Source of the DNA: an uncultured Saprospiraceae bacterium
GTDB taxonomy: Bacteria; Bacteroidota; Bacteroidia; Chitinophagales; Saprospiraceae
Length of the DNA: 33,411 nt
Reading direction: 5' to 3'
Assembly (NCBI GenBank): GCA_964549665.1
Contig: CAZJYF010000001.1
Location: forward strand, 1-33,411
The notes beneath the pieces were generated by a model that made no database searches, had not been told where the DNA came from, and saw only the letters and a list, made by a program, of their open reading frames with translations. A program made the position numbers and the translations under genes. Positions 9,018-17,422 of the stretch are shown here, one piece after another (position 1 is the stretch's first letter; each line of letters begins with the position of its first letter).

Positions 9018-10166
9018 TTGTCCGATGACAATTTTAAGCAAATTTCTGTGAAAATTATTTGTACCGTCACCAACGACCTCACATATGACCAACGGATGAA
9101 CCGTATTTGCAGCAGCCTTTCGACTGCAGGGTACGAGGTTTGGATAATTGGCAGAAAGCAGCCCTGTTCGATCCCTTTAAAAAACAAAGCCTACGGCCAA
9201 AAAAGGCTCCGATGTTTATTCACAAAGGGAAAATTGTTTTACCTCGAATACAATCTTCGTCTTTTCTTCCTCCTCCTTTTTGCAAAATTCGACATCGTAT
9301 GTTCGGTGGATTTGGATACTATCCTTCCCGGTTTTTTGGCGGCAAAATGGAAAAAAAAGATTTGTGTTTTCGATGCGCACGAATATTTTCAGGAAGTTCC
9401 GGAGGTGGTTGATCGCCCATTCACGAAGTTGGTTTGGGAGAAAGTAGCGCGCTTTACCATTTCAAAAATGGAACATTGCTACACCGTTTGCGAAAGCTTG
9501 GCCACTCTCTTTGAAGAAAAATACGGAACCCATTTTGGGGTCATCCGCAATGTGCCATTTCGACAAAAATTCAAAAAGGAAAATCGAAAAGAAAAGGAAA
9601 AAACGGTCCTACTCTACCAAGGCGTCCTGAACGAAGGAAGAGGTTTGGAAGAAATTTTCCACGCGCTGTCAGGCATGGAAAATACGGAATTGTGGCTGGC
9701 AGGAGAAGGCGATTTGTCTATCTATTTGAGAGAACTGGCGAAAAAGCTGGCCCTCGAAAAGGAGGTCTTATTCTTAGGATACCTTCAGCCAGAAGATTTG
9801 AATAAAGTCACAAAACAGGCTACTATCGGACTAAATTTATTGGAAAACAAAGGGCTAAACTACTTTTACTCTCTTGCCAATAAATCCTTCGATTATATCC
9901 AAGCAGGCCTTCCTTCCATAAATATGAACTTTCCGGAATACCGCAAAATCAACGATAAATTTGAAGTGTTTTTATTGCTCGAAAATCTGGAGCCAGAAAG
10001 AATCGCATCAGCCATTCGAAAATTGGCAAATGAGGAGTCTTTTTACCAATTACTCGAAGCGAATTGCCAAAAAGCCCGGCGGGAATTAATTTGGGAAAAA
10101 GAAGAACGGAAACTCCTCCAATTCTATGAAGAAATTTTTGAGCAATCTAAGACCTCAACTCTTTGA
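9018..10166 (+). CDS. Glycosyltransferase (GT4/GT1-like)
   Basis: 382 aa. N-terminus KIICTVTNDLTYDQRMNRICSSLSTAGYEVWIIGR, and a C-terminal Rossmann half with LLYQGVLNEGRGLEEI and LWLAGEGD, typical of retaining GT4 enzymes. The start is TTG 9018 or GTG 9048. Confidence 0.82.
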   Translation: MSDDNFKQISVKIICTVTNDLTYDQRMNRICSSLSTAGYEVWIIGRKQPCSIPLKNKAYGQKRLRCLFTKGKLFYLEYNLRLFFLLLFAKFDIVCSVDLDTILPGFLAAKWKKKICVFDAHEYFQEVPEVVDRPFTKLVWEKVARFTISKMEHCYTVCESLATLFEEKYGTHFGVIRNVPFRQKFKKENRKEKEKTVLLYQGVLNEGRGLEEIFHALSGMENTELWLAGEGDLSIYLRELAKKLALEKEVLFLGYLQPEDLNKVTKQATIGLNLLENKGLNYFYSLANKSFDYIQAGLPSINMNFPEYRKINDKFEVFLLLENLEPERIASAIRKLANEESFYQLLEANCQKARRELIWEKEERKLLQFYEEIFEQSKTSTL

Positions 10167-10213
10167 ATTGGAAAACATTCGAATGCAAATTGTCTTCGAC
10201 TAGAAAATGGGGG

Positions 10214-10612
10214 CTATTCAATTGGGGGTTCCATTTTTTGAACTTTATATAGCGTCAACTGAAAAGGGATATTCCGTAAGGACATGGAAAGAACTAAACT
10301 CGTGTCGCTAATTTCCTCAATTATGTACTCCATTGGCAGGCGTTTGCTTTTTTGAGAAAGAATATTGCCCTTGATTTGGAATGTAGTCACCTCTGTCGAA
10401 CCGCCTAAATTCGTTCGCATCTTGCTGTTGGGCAAAAATTCGTAAAAAGTTCCGGAAAGCGTCTGGGTCAATCTACCGTTTCGCAAGCCCTGTTTCAACT
10501 CCCACCTGCCCGGAATTAATTTTTTTAAATTAGCCTCTTCTCCACCGGAACAAGCTATTCCGACCACTGCAATCAACAAAAAGAAATTACCAAAAAAAAT
10601 TCTGTCGTTCAT
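10214..10612 (-). CDS. Small lipocalin-like lipoprotein (hypothetical)
   Basis: 132 aa. The signal peptide carries a lipobox (LLIAVVGIAC/SGG). A GRWELK motif and beta-rich pattern resemble lipocalin-like Bacteroidota lipoproteins. Confidence 0.68.
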   Translation of the reverse strand: MNDRIFFGNFFLLIAVVGIACSGGEEANLKKLIPGRWELKQGLRNGRLTQTLSGTFYEFLPNSKMRTNLGGSTEVTTFQIKGNILSQKSKRLPMEYIIEEISDTSLVLSMSLRNIPFQLTLYKVQKMEPPIE

Positions 10613-10755
10613 CGTGACTAATCGGTCCGTTTATAATGATCGGGTAAAGGTAAAAAATCCTGTTCGGAGTTCAAAGTAGTTGATTTTCAAGCATCTAATC
10701 GGATTGCCAAAGGGCCGCGGCACAAGGCATTGCCGACTAATTCGCCGAAAACAAC

Positions 10756-11985
10756 TTAGGCTTCTTTTTTTAATTCAATTACCGCAATTTCGGGTAATAT
10801 CCCAACTCTTCCGGGATATCCTAAAACGCCTAAGCCGCGATTGACGTACAAAAATTGTTCCCCTTGTCGGTATAACCCCGCCCATTGTTTGTAAACATAT
10901 TGTGCAGGGCTCCACCTTACCCAACCGGGTATTTCAATGACAAATTGAAAGCCATGGGTGTGCCCTGAAAAAGTGAGGTCGATGTCTTTGTAGCCATTCA
11001 AAACCTGCGCTTCCCAATGCGTGGGGTCGTGAGACAGCAACAACTTCAGGGAAGCTGATTCCGCCCCTTTGAAGGCTTTTTCGAGGTCACCATATTTTTG
11101 AAATTGGGGTTTGGCTGAATAATTCTCCACACCGATTATTGCTATATTTTCATCCTTTATTCGCAAAAGCCGGTTTTCATTCAGCAGCAAATCCCAGCCC
11201 AATTGCTTATGAACAGCTTTCAATTTTTCAAAATTTTGTCGTTTGGTCTCCATATTGGGCCACCGCACATAATCACCATAATCGTGGTTTCCCAAAATGG
11301 AAAACACCCCGTATTTCGCGTTAATTTTATCGAAAACGTCCAAAAAATAATCCATCTCATCCGCTATGGAATTGACCAAATCTCCGGTGAAAAAGACAAG
11401 GTCGGCTTGTTGAACATTGATTAAGTCGATCGCATTATTTAGTGGCTCTTTCAAGGAAAAACTCCCGGCATGAATGTCAGAAATCTGGACAATACGAAGC
11501 CCATCCAACTTTTCCGGCAGTTTTTTCAAAGAAATAACCTCCTTGAAAACCTTAAAACGGTAGCGGTTCCGTACGATGCCATAGGTAAGCGAAATAAAAG
11601 GAAGGCTGCCCAGCATGATTGCCATATTGGACATAAAATTTGAACGACTGTAACTAAAGCCTTGATTTCCTGCAAGCCCTTCAAAAGCAGCCATCGCCAA
11701 CCTTCTGAAATCATCAATCAACAAGATTGCCACAACCGGCAACTTCGAAAGGTAAGCAATGAAAACAATCGCCCTAAATATGACAAACAGGTTCTTGTTA
11801 AAAAAAGACACAGCCCCTTCCCAATATATGAGAAAAAGCCCCACAGCTAGAAGTGGAACAGCCCAATAGATTGTAAAAACAATGGTCCTGATCGCGGGAA
11901 GCCAGTTTTGGGATAATATTTTGACGGCTTGAAAGGCGTAAAAATCTAATGCAAACAGTAGGGAAAAAAGAATCAATACTTTCAT
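10756..11985 (-). CDS. Membrane-anchored metallophosphoesterase
   Basis: 409 aa. About 4 N-terminal TM helices precede calcineurin-like motifs: ISDIHAG, FTGDLVN, GNHDY, LSHDP, SGHTHG. Confidence 0.88.
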   Translation of the reverse strand: MKVLILFSLLFALDFYAFQAVKILSQNWLPAIRTIVFTIYWAVPLLAVGLFLIYWEGAVSFFNKNLFVIFRAIVFIAYLSKLPVVAILLIDDFRRLAMAAFEGLAGNQGFSYSRSNFMSNMAIMLGSLPFISLTYGIVRNRYRFKVFKEVISLKKLPEKLDGLRIVQISDIHAGSFSLKEPLNNAIDLINVQQADLVFFTGDLVNSIADEMDYFLDVFDKINAKYGVFSILGNHDYGDYVRWPNMETKRQNFEKLKAVHKQLGWDLLLNENRLLRIKDENIAIIGVENYSAKPQFQKYGDLEKAFKGAESASLKLLLSHDPTHWEAQVLNGYKDIDLTFSGHTHGFQFVIEIPGWVRWSPAQYVYKQWAGLYRQGEQFLYVNRGLGVLGYPGRVGILPEIAVIELKKEA

Positions 11986-12007
11986 CGTTCCTCAGGTTAT
12001 TTTTCGA

Positions 12008-12174
12008 GGTTCTCTGTGAAATTGCTGTTACCCAAACAAAGCTACACAAAGAAATCACAATCCCGAAGCGTCGGGACACTAAGATATTTGAACAGTCCTT
12101 AGGTGTTTTTTCTTTGTGTTGCTTGGTGTTTTCTTTGCGGTTCTCCGTGATATAGTTGTTACATAAAACAAACT
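12008..12174. repeat. Pair of imperfect ~36-nt direct repeats (12008-12043 and 12139-12174) bracketing the LytTR-regulator / phosphoesterase intergenic region
   Basis: GGTTCTCTGTGAAATTGCTGTTACCCAAACAAAGCT versus GGTTCTCCGTGATATAGTTGTTACATAAAACAAACT, about 27-28 of 36 identical by hand alignment. A TCCCGA-agcg-TCGGGA hairpin (about 12061-12076) lies between them. Confidence 0.6.
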
Positions 12175-12944
12175 CACTTGTCCAACCACTCCTTAAAGGC
12201 CCCCACTTTCTCCCGACTTGTCAATATCAATTCTTCTTTCGAGGTGTCCAAAAGCTGAACTCTAAGACGACTATTCGAATAAGTCATCACGTCTTTAATG
12301 CCTGAAAACGCGGTAAAAAATTTCCTGTTCAAACGAAAAAATTGATTGGGGTTAAGCAAGTCTTCGAGTTGTTCCAATGTATAATCGATCGCGTGTTTTT
12401 TCAGGTTTTTGGTTTTGAGCCAAGTCGTTCGATGTTCGGAATAGAAGTACAAAATTTCCTCCACAGGAATGGAAGAAATGTGATTGCCTGCCTTAACAAT
12501 AAAGCGCGTTTTGTATGATTGGGACATCATTCTCACGGCTTTATGGATGATGTCCAAATTTGGCACTTGCGTCTTCGGCGGGATATTTTGAATCAAAGAA
12601 TCATGTTGTTCAAATGCTTTCGTAACGCCCTCTAAATCAATGGGTTTTAACAAATAATCGATGGAATTGACCTTAAATGCCCGAAGTGCGTATTCGTCAT
12701 AAGCCGTAGTAAAAATGATTGGGCATTCGACTGTTATTTTTTCAAAAATATCAAAACTCAAGCCATCCGCAAGTTGAATATCCAAAAAACATAAGTCTGG
12801 CGCAGGGTTTTTTTGAAACCAATTGACCGACTCACGAACACTACCCAAAGTTTCCAATATTTGAATATTTGAATCGTATTTTTGAATCAAATCGGACAAC
12901 CGTTCGGCAGCCAAAATTTCGTCTTCGATGATGAGTATTTTCAT
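12174..12944 (-). CDS. LytTR-family DNA-binding response regulator
   Basis: 256 aa. Receiver domain: MKILIIEDE, phospho-acceptor context CFLDIQLADG, and LLKP. The C-terminal LytTR domain reads FFRLNRKF... Confidence 0.92.
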   Translation of the reverse strand: MKILIIEDEILAAERLSDLIQKYDSNIQILETLGSVRESVNWFQKNPAPDLCFLDIQLADGLSFDIFEKITVECPIIFTTAYDEYALRAFKVNSIDYLLKPIDLEGVTKAFEQHDSLIQNIPPKTQVPNLDIIHKAVRMMSQSYKTRFIVKAGNHISSIPVEEILYFYSEHRTTWLKTKNLKKHAIDYTLEQLEDLLNPNQFFRLNRKFFTAFSGIKDVMTYSNSRLRVQLLDTSKEELILTSREKVGAFKEWLDK

Positions 12945-13157
12945 TTTTTAGTTTTCAGTTCGGCAGTTTCATTATATGGGTCAAGTCTGTTCCCTCGGGG
13001 ACAGGTAGATTTTTCTTTCGCAAAAGACCAATATCCAACGCGGAAGTAGGAACTTTTGCTCATTGCAAGTCTAAAAGATTTTGGTTTGACAATTACAACC
13101 TGAAATAAAACTGCCATACCGAGTTTTCTGGACAAATCTGTCAAACTGCCAACGGCA

Positions 13158-14222
13158 TTACTTTAGCTTTACGATCGGCACTTTCACTTCAAAAAATTTC
13201 TCCGTTTTAATAATTTCCACCTCCTTTTGCGAAATGAATTTATACCGTGCTTTTATATTCTCTAAACCAATGCCAGATTTGTGTTGAGCCTGCTGTTTTT
13301 CATAAAATTTATTTTTCATTGAAATCCAATCATTTTCAACCCTATTTATCTGAATATCCAATGGGTATGATTTGGAAATTTCATTATGTTTAATGGCATT
13401 TTCCAATAACATTTGAAGAGTCAGCGGCACAATCATTTCTTCATATCCGGGCGAAATATTTAGTTGAATAATCAAATTTTCGCCAAAGCGAATTTTCATC
13501 AAAAAAATGTATGACTCTAAAGCTTTTAATTCTTCTTTCAATGTCACAACTTCCTTTTCGCGGGTATCCAAAACATAACGATAAACTTGCGCTAATTGCT
13601 TTATAAACTTCGCAGCCAAATCGGCATCTTTATAAACCAATATGGAAAGGACATTGAAACTATTGAATAAAAAGTGCGGATTGACCTGATTTTTTAAGGT
13701 TTCGTATTGGGCGGAAATGTGCGCTTGTTTGAATTTTTCGGTTTCCAAAATTGATTCTTTCCAGCCATAAAGAAAAGCGCGTCCATGCAAAAAACTGACG
13801 ATAACTAAAGTAATCGCGATAGTAATAAAATAATCGATCATCCTAAACTGGGCAATGAATTCCCAAAAATCCTTATTAAAAACAAGCCAATAATAAGCAG
13901 CCTGAAAAGCCATAACAAGCGGAACGGTATAGCCAAGGGTTGTAATTAATGTCCAAAACAAACGCGAACGAGGTCTTTCAATCCATGAAATTCTTCGGTC
14001 GAGGAAGTCCACTAACCACTCATTTCCCACCCAAATAAAGATGGACAAAACCATATAAAGTACAAACTGCCGGACAAAAGAGGCTAATTGAAAATTGGAA
14101 TAAAAAGGAAAAAGTAAAATGGTAAATCCAAGTCCGGCATAAAACCCGATTTTGATATAGCGAACAAATTTTTGTCGCCAAAAGACGAATTTTTTTTTGG
14201 AAAATAGTCTTGGGTTGCTCAT
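13158..14222 (-). CDS. LytS/YehU-type sensor histidine kinase (PF06580-like His_kinase domain)
   Basis: 354 aa. About 4-5 N-terminal TM helices, an H-box NQVNPHFLFNSFNVL, then an ATPase half (LQMLLENAIKHN, GIGLENI). Confidence 0.9.
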   Translation of the reverse strand: MSNPRLFSKKKFVFWRQKFVRYIKIGFYAGLGFTILLFPFYSNFQLASFVRQFVLYMVLSIFIWVGNEWLVDFLDRRISWIERPRSRLFWTLITTLGYTVPLVMAFQAAYYWLVFNKDFWEFIAQFRMIDYFITIAITLVIVSFLHGRAFLYGWKESILETEKFKQAHISAQYETLKNQVNPHFLFNSFNVLSILVYKDADLAAKFIKQLAQVYRYVLDTREKEVVTLKEELKALESYIFLMKIRFGENLIIQLNISPGYEEMIVPLTLQMLLENAIKHNEISKSYPLDIQINRVENDWISMKNKFYEKQQAQHKSGIGLENIKARYKFISQKEVEIIKTEKFFEVKVPIVKLK

Positions 14223-14240
14223 ATTATTTTTAGGTTATCT

Positions 14241-14264
14241 AATCTGTTCCCCCGGGAACAGATT
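14241..14264 (-). promoter_or_regulatory. 11-bp perfect palindromic hairpin AATCTGTTCCC-cc-GGGAACAGATT, about 20 nt upstream of the kinase ATG
   Basis: Arms 14241-14251 and 14254-14264 are exact reverse complements. The TCTGTTCCC core recurs at 12986-12994. Confidence 0.5.
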
Positions 14265-14280
14265 GAAATATAATTCTCAC

Positions 14281-14322
14281 GCGCATCCTCGGGCCCCGAG
14301 GTGTCGGAGTCCGAGGATGCGC
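14281..14322 (-). terminator. GC-rich 12-bp stem-loop after the TPR-like gene, with a competing inner stem
   Basis: GCGCATCCTCGG (14281-14292) pairs with CCGAGGATGCGC (14311-14322). An alternative stem, CCTCGGG (14287-14293) with CCCGAGG (14295-14301), uses the same arm. No strong U-tract follows, so terminator function is only inferred. Confidence 0.4.
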
Positions 14323-14341
14323 AGGGAATTGCAGAATATTT

Positions 14342-14995
14342 TCATTCCAAATCCTTCCGTGCCTTCTCCAAAAAGTACTTATTCGACCCTTTTCCCCACA
14401 TCGGATATAATGGGTTTGGAGCGCTATAAGCTGCAAATTTTTCTTCTGCTTTTTCCAAAAGAGGAAGGGCTTTTCTGGCACCCCCACCAAAGAAAGCAGG
14501 CGTGAAATATTTGTTTTGTCCTTTTAAATAATAAGGCCTCGGATTGGCTGGATTCAATTCGATGGCTTTGTCGCAGGCTTTGTGCGATTTAGGGCTATAT
14601 TTCGCGCCATTGAACATTGGATTTGGCCAAATTCTACCTTGATAAATATAGCCTTGCAGGGCATATATTTCGCTTTCATTAGGCGACAAAGTCATCGCGG
14701 CATCCAAAGATTCTTGGGCTTTATCAAGAAAGGGTTCAAAATCCTTTTTGTTTTGATAAGCCGTCAAAGCCATCATCATATTGCAATAAGCGTGGTAATA
14801 TTTGGGCAACCATTTATCATTTTCGGCCTTGGCAATTCGCTCAAACATATTCGAAACAGCTTGCCATTGTTCCATAGATTGGCGTTCATTTAATTGTGCA
14901 ATTGCTTTTTCCATTGCCGAAAAATATTTATCATTTTGAGCAAAAGAAAAAGTGGAAATCATGATTGCAATTGTGAAAATTGTGATTTGTTTCAT
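14342..14995 (-). CDS. Secreted all-helical (TPR-like) protein, function unknown
   Basis: 217 aa with signal peptide MKQITIFTIAIMISTFSFAQ. It has a helical repeat character (AIELNPANPRPYYLKGQ resembles a TPR turn) and sits between the TonB receptor and the kinase. Confidence 0.7.
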   Translation of the reverse strand: MKQITIFTIAIMISTFSFAQNDKYFSAMEKAIAQLNERQSMEQWQAVSNMFERIAKAENDKWLPKYYHAYCNMMMALTAYQNKKDFEPFLDKAQESLDAAMTLSPNESEIYALQGYIYQGRIWPNPMFNGAKYSPKSHKACDKAIELNPANPRPYYLKGQNKYFTPAFFGGGARKALPLLEKAEEKFAAYSAPNPLYPMWGKGSNKYFLEKARKDLE

Positions 14996-15015
14996 TGTTA
15001 ATTTTTTTGTTTCCA

Positions 15016-15059
15016 GTTCAGATTTCCCCGTTCTCAGTTTGTGACCGGGAACTCTGAAC
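15016..15059 (-). promoter_or_regulatory. Imperfect 15-bp stem-loop between the TonB-receptor stop and the TPR-like gene start
   Basis: 15016-15030 (GTTCAGATTTCCCCG) pairs with 15045-15059 (CCGGGAACTCTGAAC) at 13 of 15 positions, with a 14-nt loop. It contains the same GGGAAC core as the hairpins at 14241 and 12987. Confidence 0.4.
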
Positions 15060-15063
15060 CAAA

Positions 15064-17229
15064 TTAATTTGATGTTACGCCATTATCTTTCGAATATTTC
15101 TGTCCTATAGAGATGAAACATCCGACGAAAAAGAAGCGTTTTGCGGTTGGTGTGATGGCATCCCGTGTAAAGTTGCCATCATCATTGGGAACTGAACTAT
15201 ACCGATATCCAAAAGTATTACTGAATCCTGGCACATTGTTGATGGCGGTATAGACCACCGTGAAATTTCCAAACAGATTGGTTAGATAACTCAAATTGAA
15301 ACTCAAATCCTGATAAACGGGGGTGCGTTCGGCGTTAAATTCGCTCTTATTTGGGTCGTTATAAGGCCTCTGACTTCCGAAAGTATAGGTGAAACCCACG
15401 CTCGAAGTGATTTTTGGAAGCCAATGTTTGTAAACAATGGAAGCATTGTGTTTAGACGCAAATTTTGGAACTGCCGCCGTCGGATATTCCCGCCAAAACC
15501 TTTCCGTATCCAAAAAAGAATAGGAAATCCAGAAGTCTCCTTTTTTAATCATGCCCCCTTTGTCGCGATAAAAAATGTCAATTCCCCGGGCATGACCATA
15601 GCCAGAATTGTCACTAACCCACGGCCTTGGTGCGTCAAATTTCACGAGATTTTTGTATGTTTTATAATAACCTTCGATGCGAAAAGTGCGGGTATCTTTT
15701 TGAATTTGATAATTGAGCATAAAGTGGTCTGCACGTTCAAAATTCAAATCCAAATTGTACCTTAATTGCTCATTTTCAGGTGTTTGGTAAAATTGCCCAA
15801 ATGCAAAAGAGACATTACTATGGTCGCTGGTTTTATATGCCAAGGACATTCTTGGCGCGATATTCCAATGTTTTAAAATGCCGGAATATTCCAATCTGCC
15901 TCCAAGCCGGGCAACAAATTTTCGAGAAAAATAAATATCCGTCTCCGCGAAAACGGAAGCATAATTTTCATTCAAATCCGTCAAAAATTTTTGGCCATTT
16001 GGAGCGATATAATCTTCATCGAAAGCACTCCGAAGATATTCGCCTCCGAATTTCAAACTCACTTTATCATTAATATAATTTGTCAAAGTAATCTTGCCTT
16101 GAATAGATTGCTCTTCCGTTCGGACTTCAAATTTTTCGGTAATAAAATTCTTATTATAAGTATAAGCCATGCCCGCGAAAATTGTCCATTTATCGCTCAA
16201 AATATCTTTAAAAGAAGTATTGACATAATAATTATCATCGGTGAGTGAGAGGCGATTGGTCTTCAAAACATTTTCCAAATCGGGATATTGCAATTCAAAC
16301 TTACCGCGATTGGCATCGGCATGGATTTTAAAAATGCCGGTCTCGGAAGTTTTATGCCTAAAAATGATCTGCCCGTTTGTGCCTTGAAAGGGTTTTTCCC
16401 AATCAATATCTTGAGATGCAATGGCATTATAAGGGGCCAAATTCGTGTAAGTTCCTGCTGCCGAAAGGGAAGTATTTTTCCATCGATGGGTATGTGACGC
16501 CGACAATCCAACCGTCATCAAAGAAATGCCTGTCGTTGTTGAAGGGGCTAAATCCTGAGAATTTAAAATCAGTGCCGAGGACAATGCCTGCCCATATTCC
16601 GCCGAATAACCGCCCGTGCTAAACATCATTCCTTTAAACAAAAATGGCGAAAATCGCCCTCTCGAAGGAATATCGGGTACGGTACTCCCGTAAGGACTTT
16701 GAACGTACAAACCGTCAATAAAAGTCCGCGTTTCATAAGCTGCACCCCCCCGAACAAAAAGCTTTCCTTCCTCGCCAACTGCCTGCGTTCCCGGCAGGGT
16801 ATTCAGTGCGCCCGCAATGTCTGCCGTAGCGCCTGCAGTCGTCACAATATCAAGGGAATTCAAAATAACGATTTTCTTTTCATCACTCGCTTCGAATGCG
16901 CCTGCGGTAATCGTGACGGTGTTCAATTCATTCGCTTCTTCGCGAATTTGAGCCTTTATTTCGATGGTTTCATTTTGAATATTTATGGTCTCTTCGAAGG
17001 GTTCGTAGCCGATATAGGTGACTATAATAACTTGTTCGCCCGTTTCGTATGTGACAAATTCAAATTGCCCGGTTTCATCGGTCGAAGTGCCGTCGTAAGT
17101 GTCTTTTAAAAAGAGATTCGCACCGATAATGGGCTCATCTTTTTCGCTCGTCACCGTGCCTTTTATGGTGACTTGTGCGAAAAGGGAGTTTGTAAGAAAT
17201 AAAGAAATAAGTAAGATGATTACTTTCAT
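15064..17229 (-). CDS. TonB-dependent receptor with N-terminal carboxypeptidase-regulatory-like domain
   Basis: 721 aa with a signal peptide. The CarboxypepD_reg pattern is VTIKGTVTSEKDEPIIGANLFLKDTYDGTSTDETGQFEF. The plug region reads LDIVTTAGATADIAGALNTLPGTQAVGEEGKLFVRGG, followed by a long beta-barrel. Confidence 0.92.
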   Translation of the reverse strand: MKVIILLISLFLTNSLFAQVTIKGTVTSEKDEPIIGANLFLKDTYDGTSTDETGQFEFVTYETGEQVIIVTYIGYEPFEETINIQNETIEIKAQIREEANELNTVTITAGAFEASDEKKIVILNSLDIVTTAGATADIAGALNTLPGTQAVGEEGKLFVRGGAAYETRTFIDGLYVQSPYGSTVPDIPSRGRFSPFLFKGMMFSTGGYSAEYGQALSSALILNSQDLAPSTTTGISLMTVGLSASHTHRWKNTSLSAAGTYTNLAPYNAIASQDIDWEKPFQGTNGQIIFRHKTSETGIFKIHADANRGKFELQYPDLENVLKTNRLSLTDDNYYVNTSFKDILSDKWTIFAGMAYTYNKNFITEKFEVRTEEQSIQGKITLTNYINDKVSLKFGGEYLRSAFDEDYIAPNGQKFLTDLNENYASVFAETDIYFSRKFVARLGGRLEYSGILKHWNIAPRMSLAYKTSDHSNVSFAFGQFYQTPENEQLRYNLDLNFERADHFMLNYQIQKDTRTFRIEGYYKTYKNLVKFDAPRPWVSDNSGYGHARGIDIFYRDKGGMIKKGDFWISYSFLDTERFWREYPTAAVPKFASKHNASIVYKHWLPKITSSVGFTYTFGSQRPYNDPNKSEFNAERTPVYQDLSFNLSYLTNLFGNFTVVYTAINNVPGFSNTFGYRYSSVPNDDGNFTRDAITPTAKRFFFVGCFISIGQKYSKDNGVTSN

Positions 17230-17422
17230 TTTGAATTGAATTATGATTTCGATTCAAAGGTGCAATCATCGAATGTTTTTAAGAAATTTGGCTTACTGAA
17301 TTGTGGAATTTTAGGACTGAAGTGCAAAATTCTCTATCGACTCAAATCTAACCAATTTAATTTTTCCAAAAATTGACTAACTTTCCCTGTTTCCAGAAAT
17401 TAGCAAATCAATTATTTTAATA

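Noticed and set aside
9107-9412. 101-aa plus-strand ORF overlapping the glycosyltransferase gene in another frame
   Set aside because: It is fully embedded in a gene with clear GT-B features, and its R/G/F-rich sequence has no motifs.
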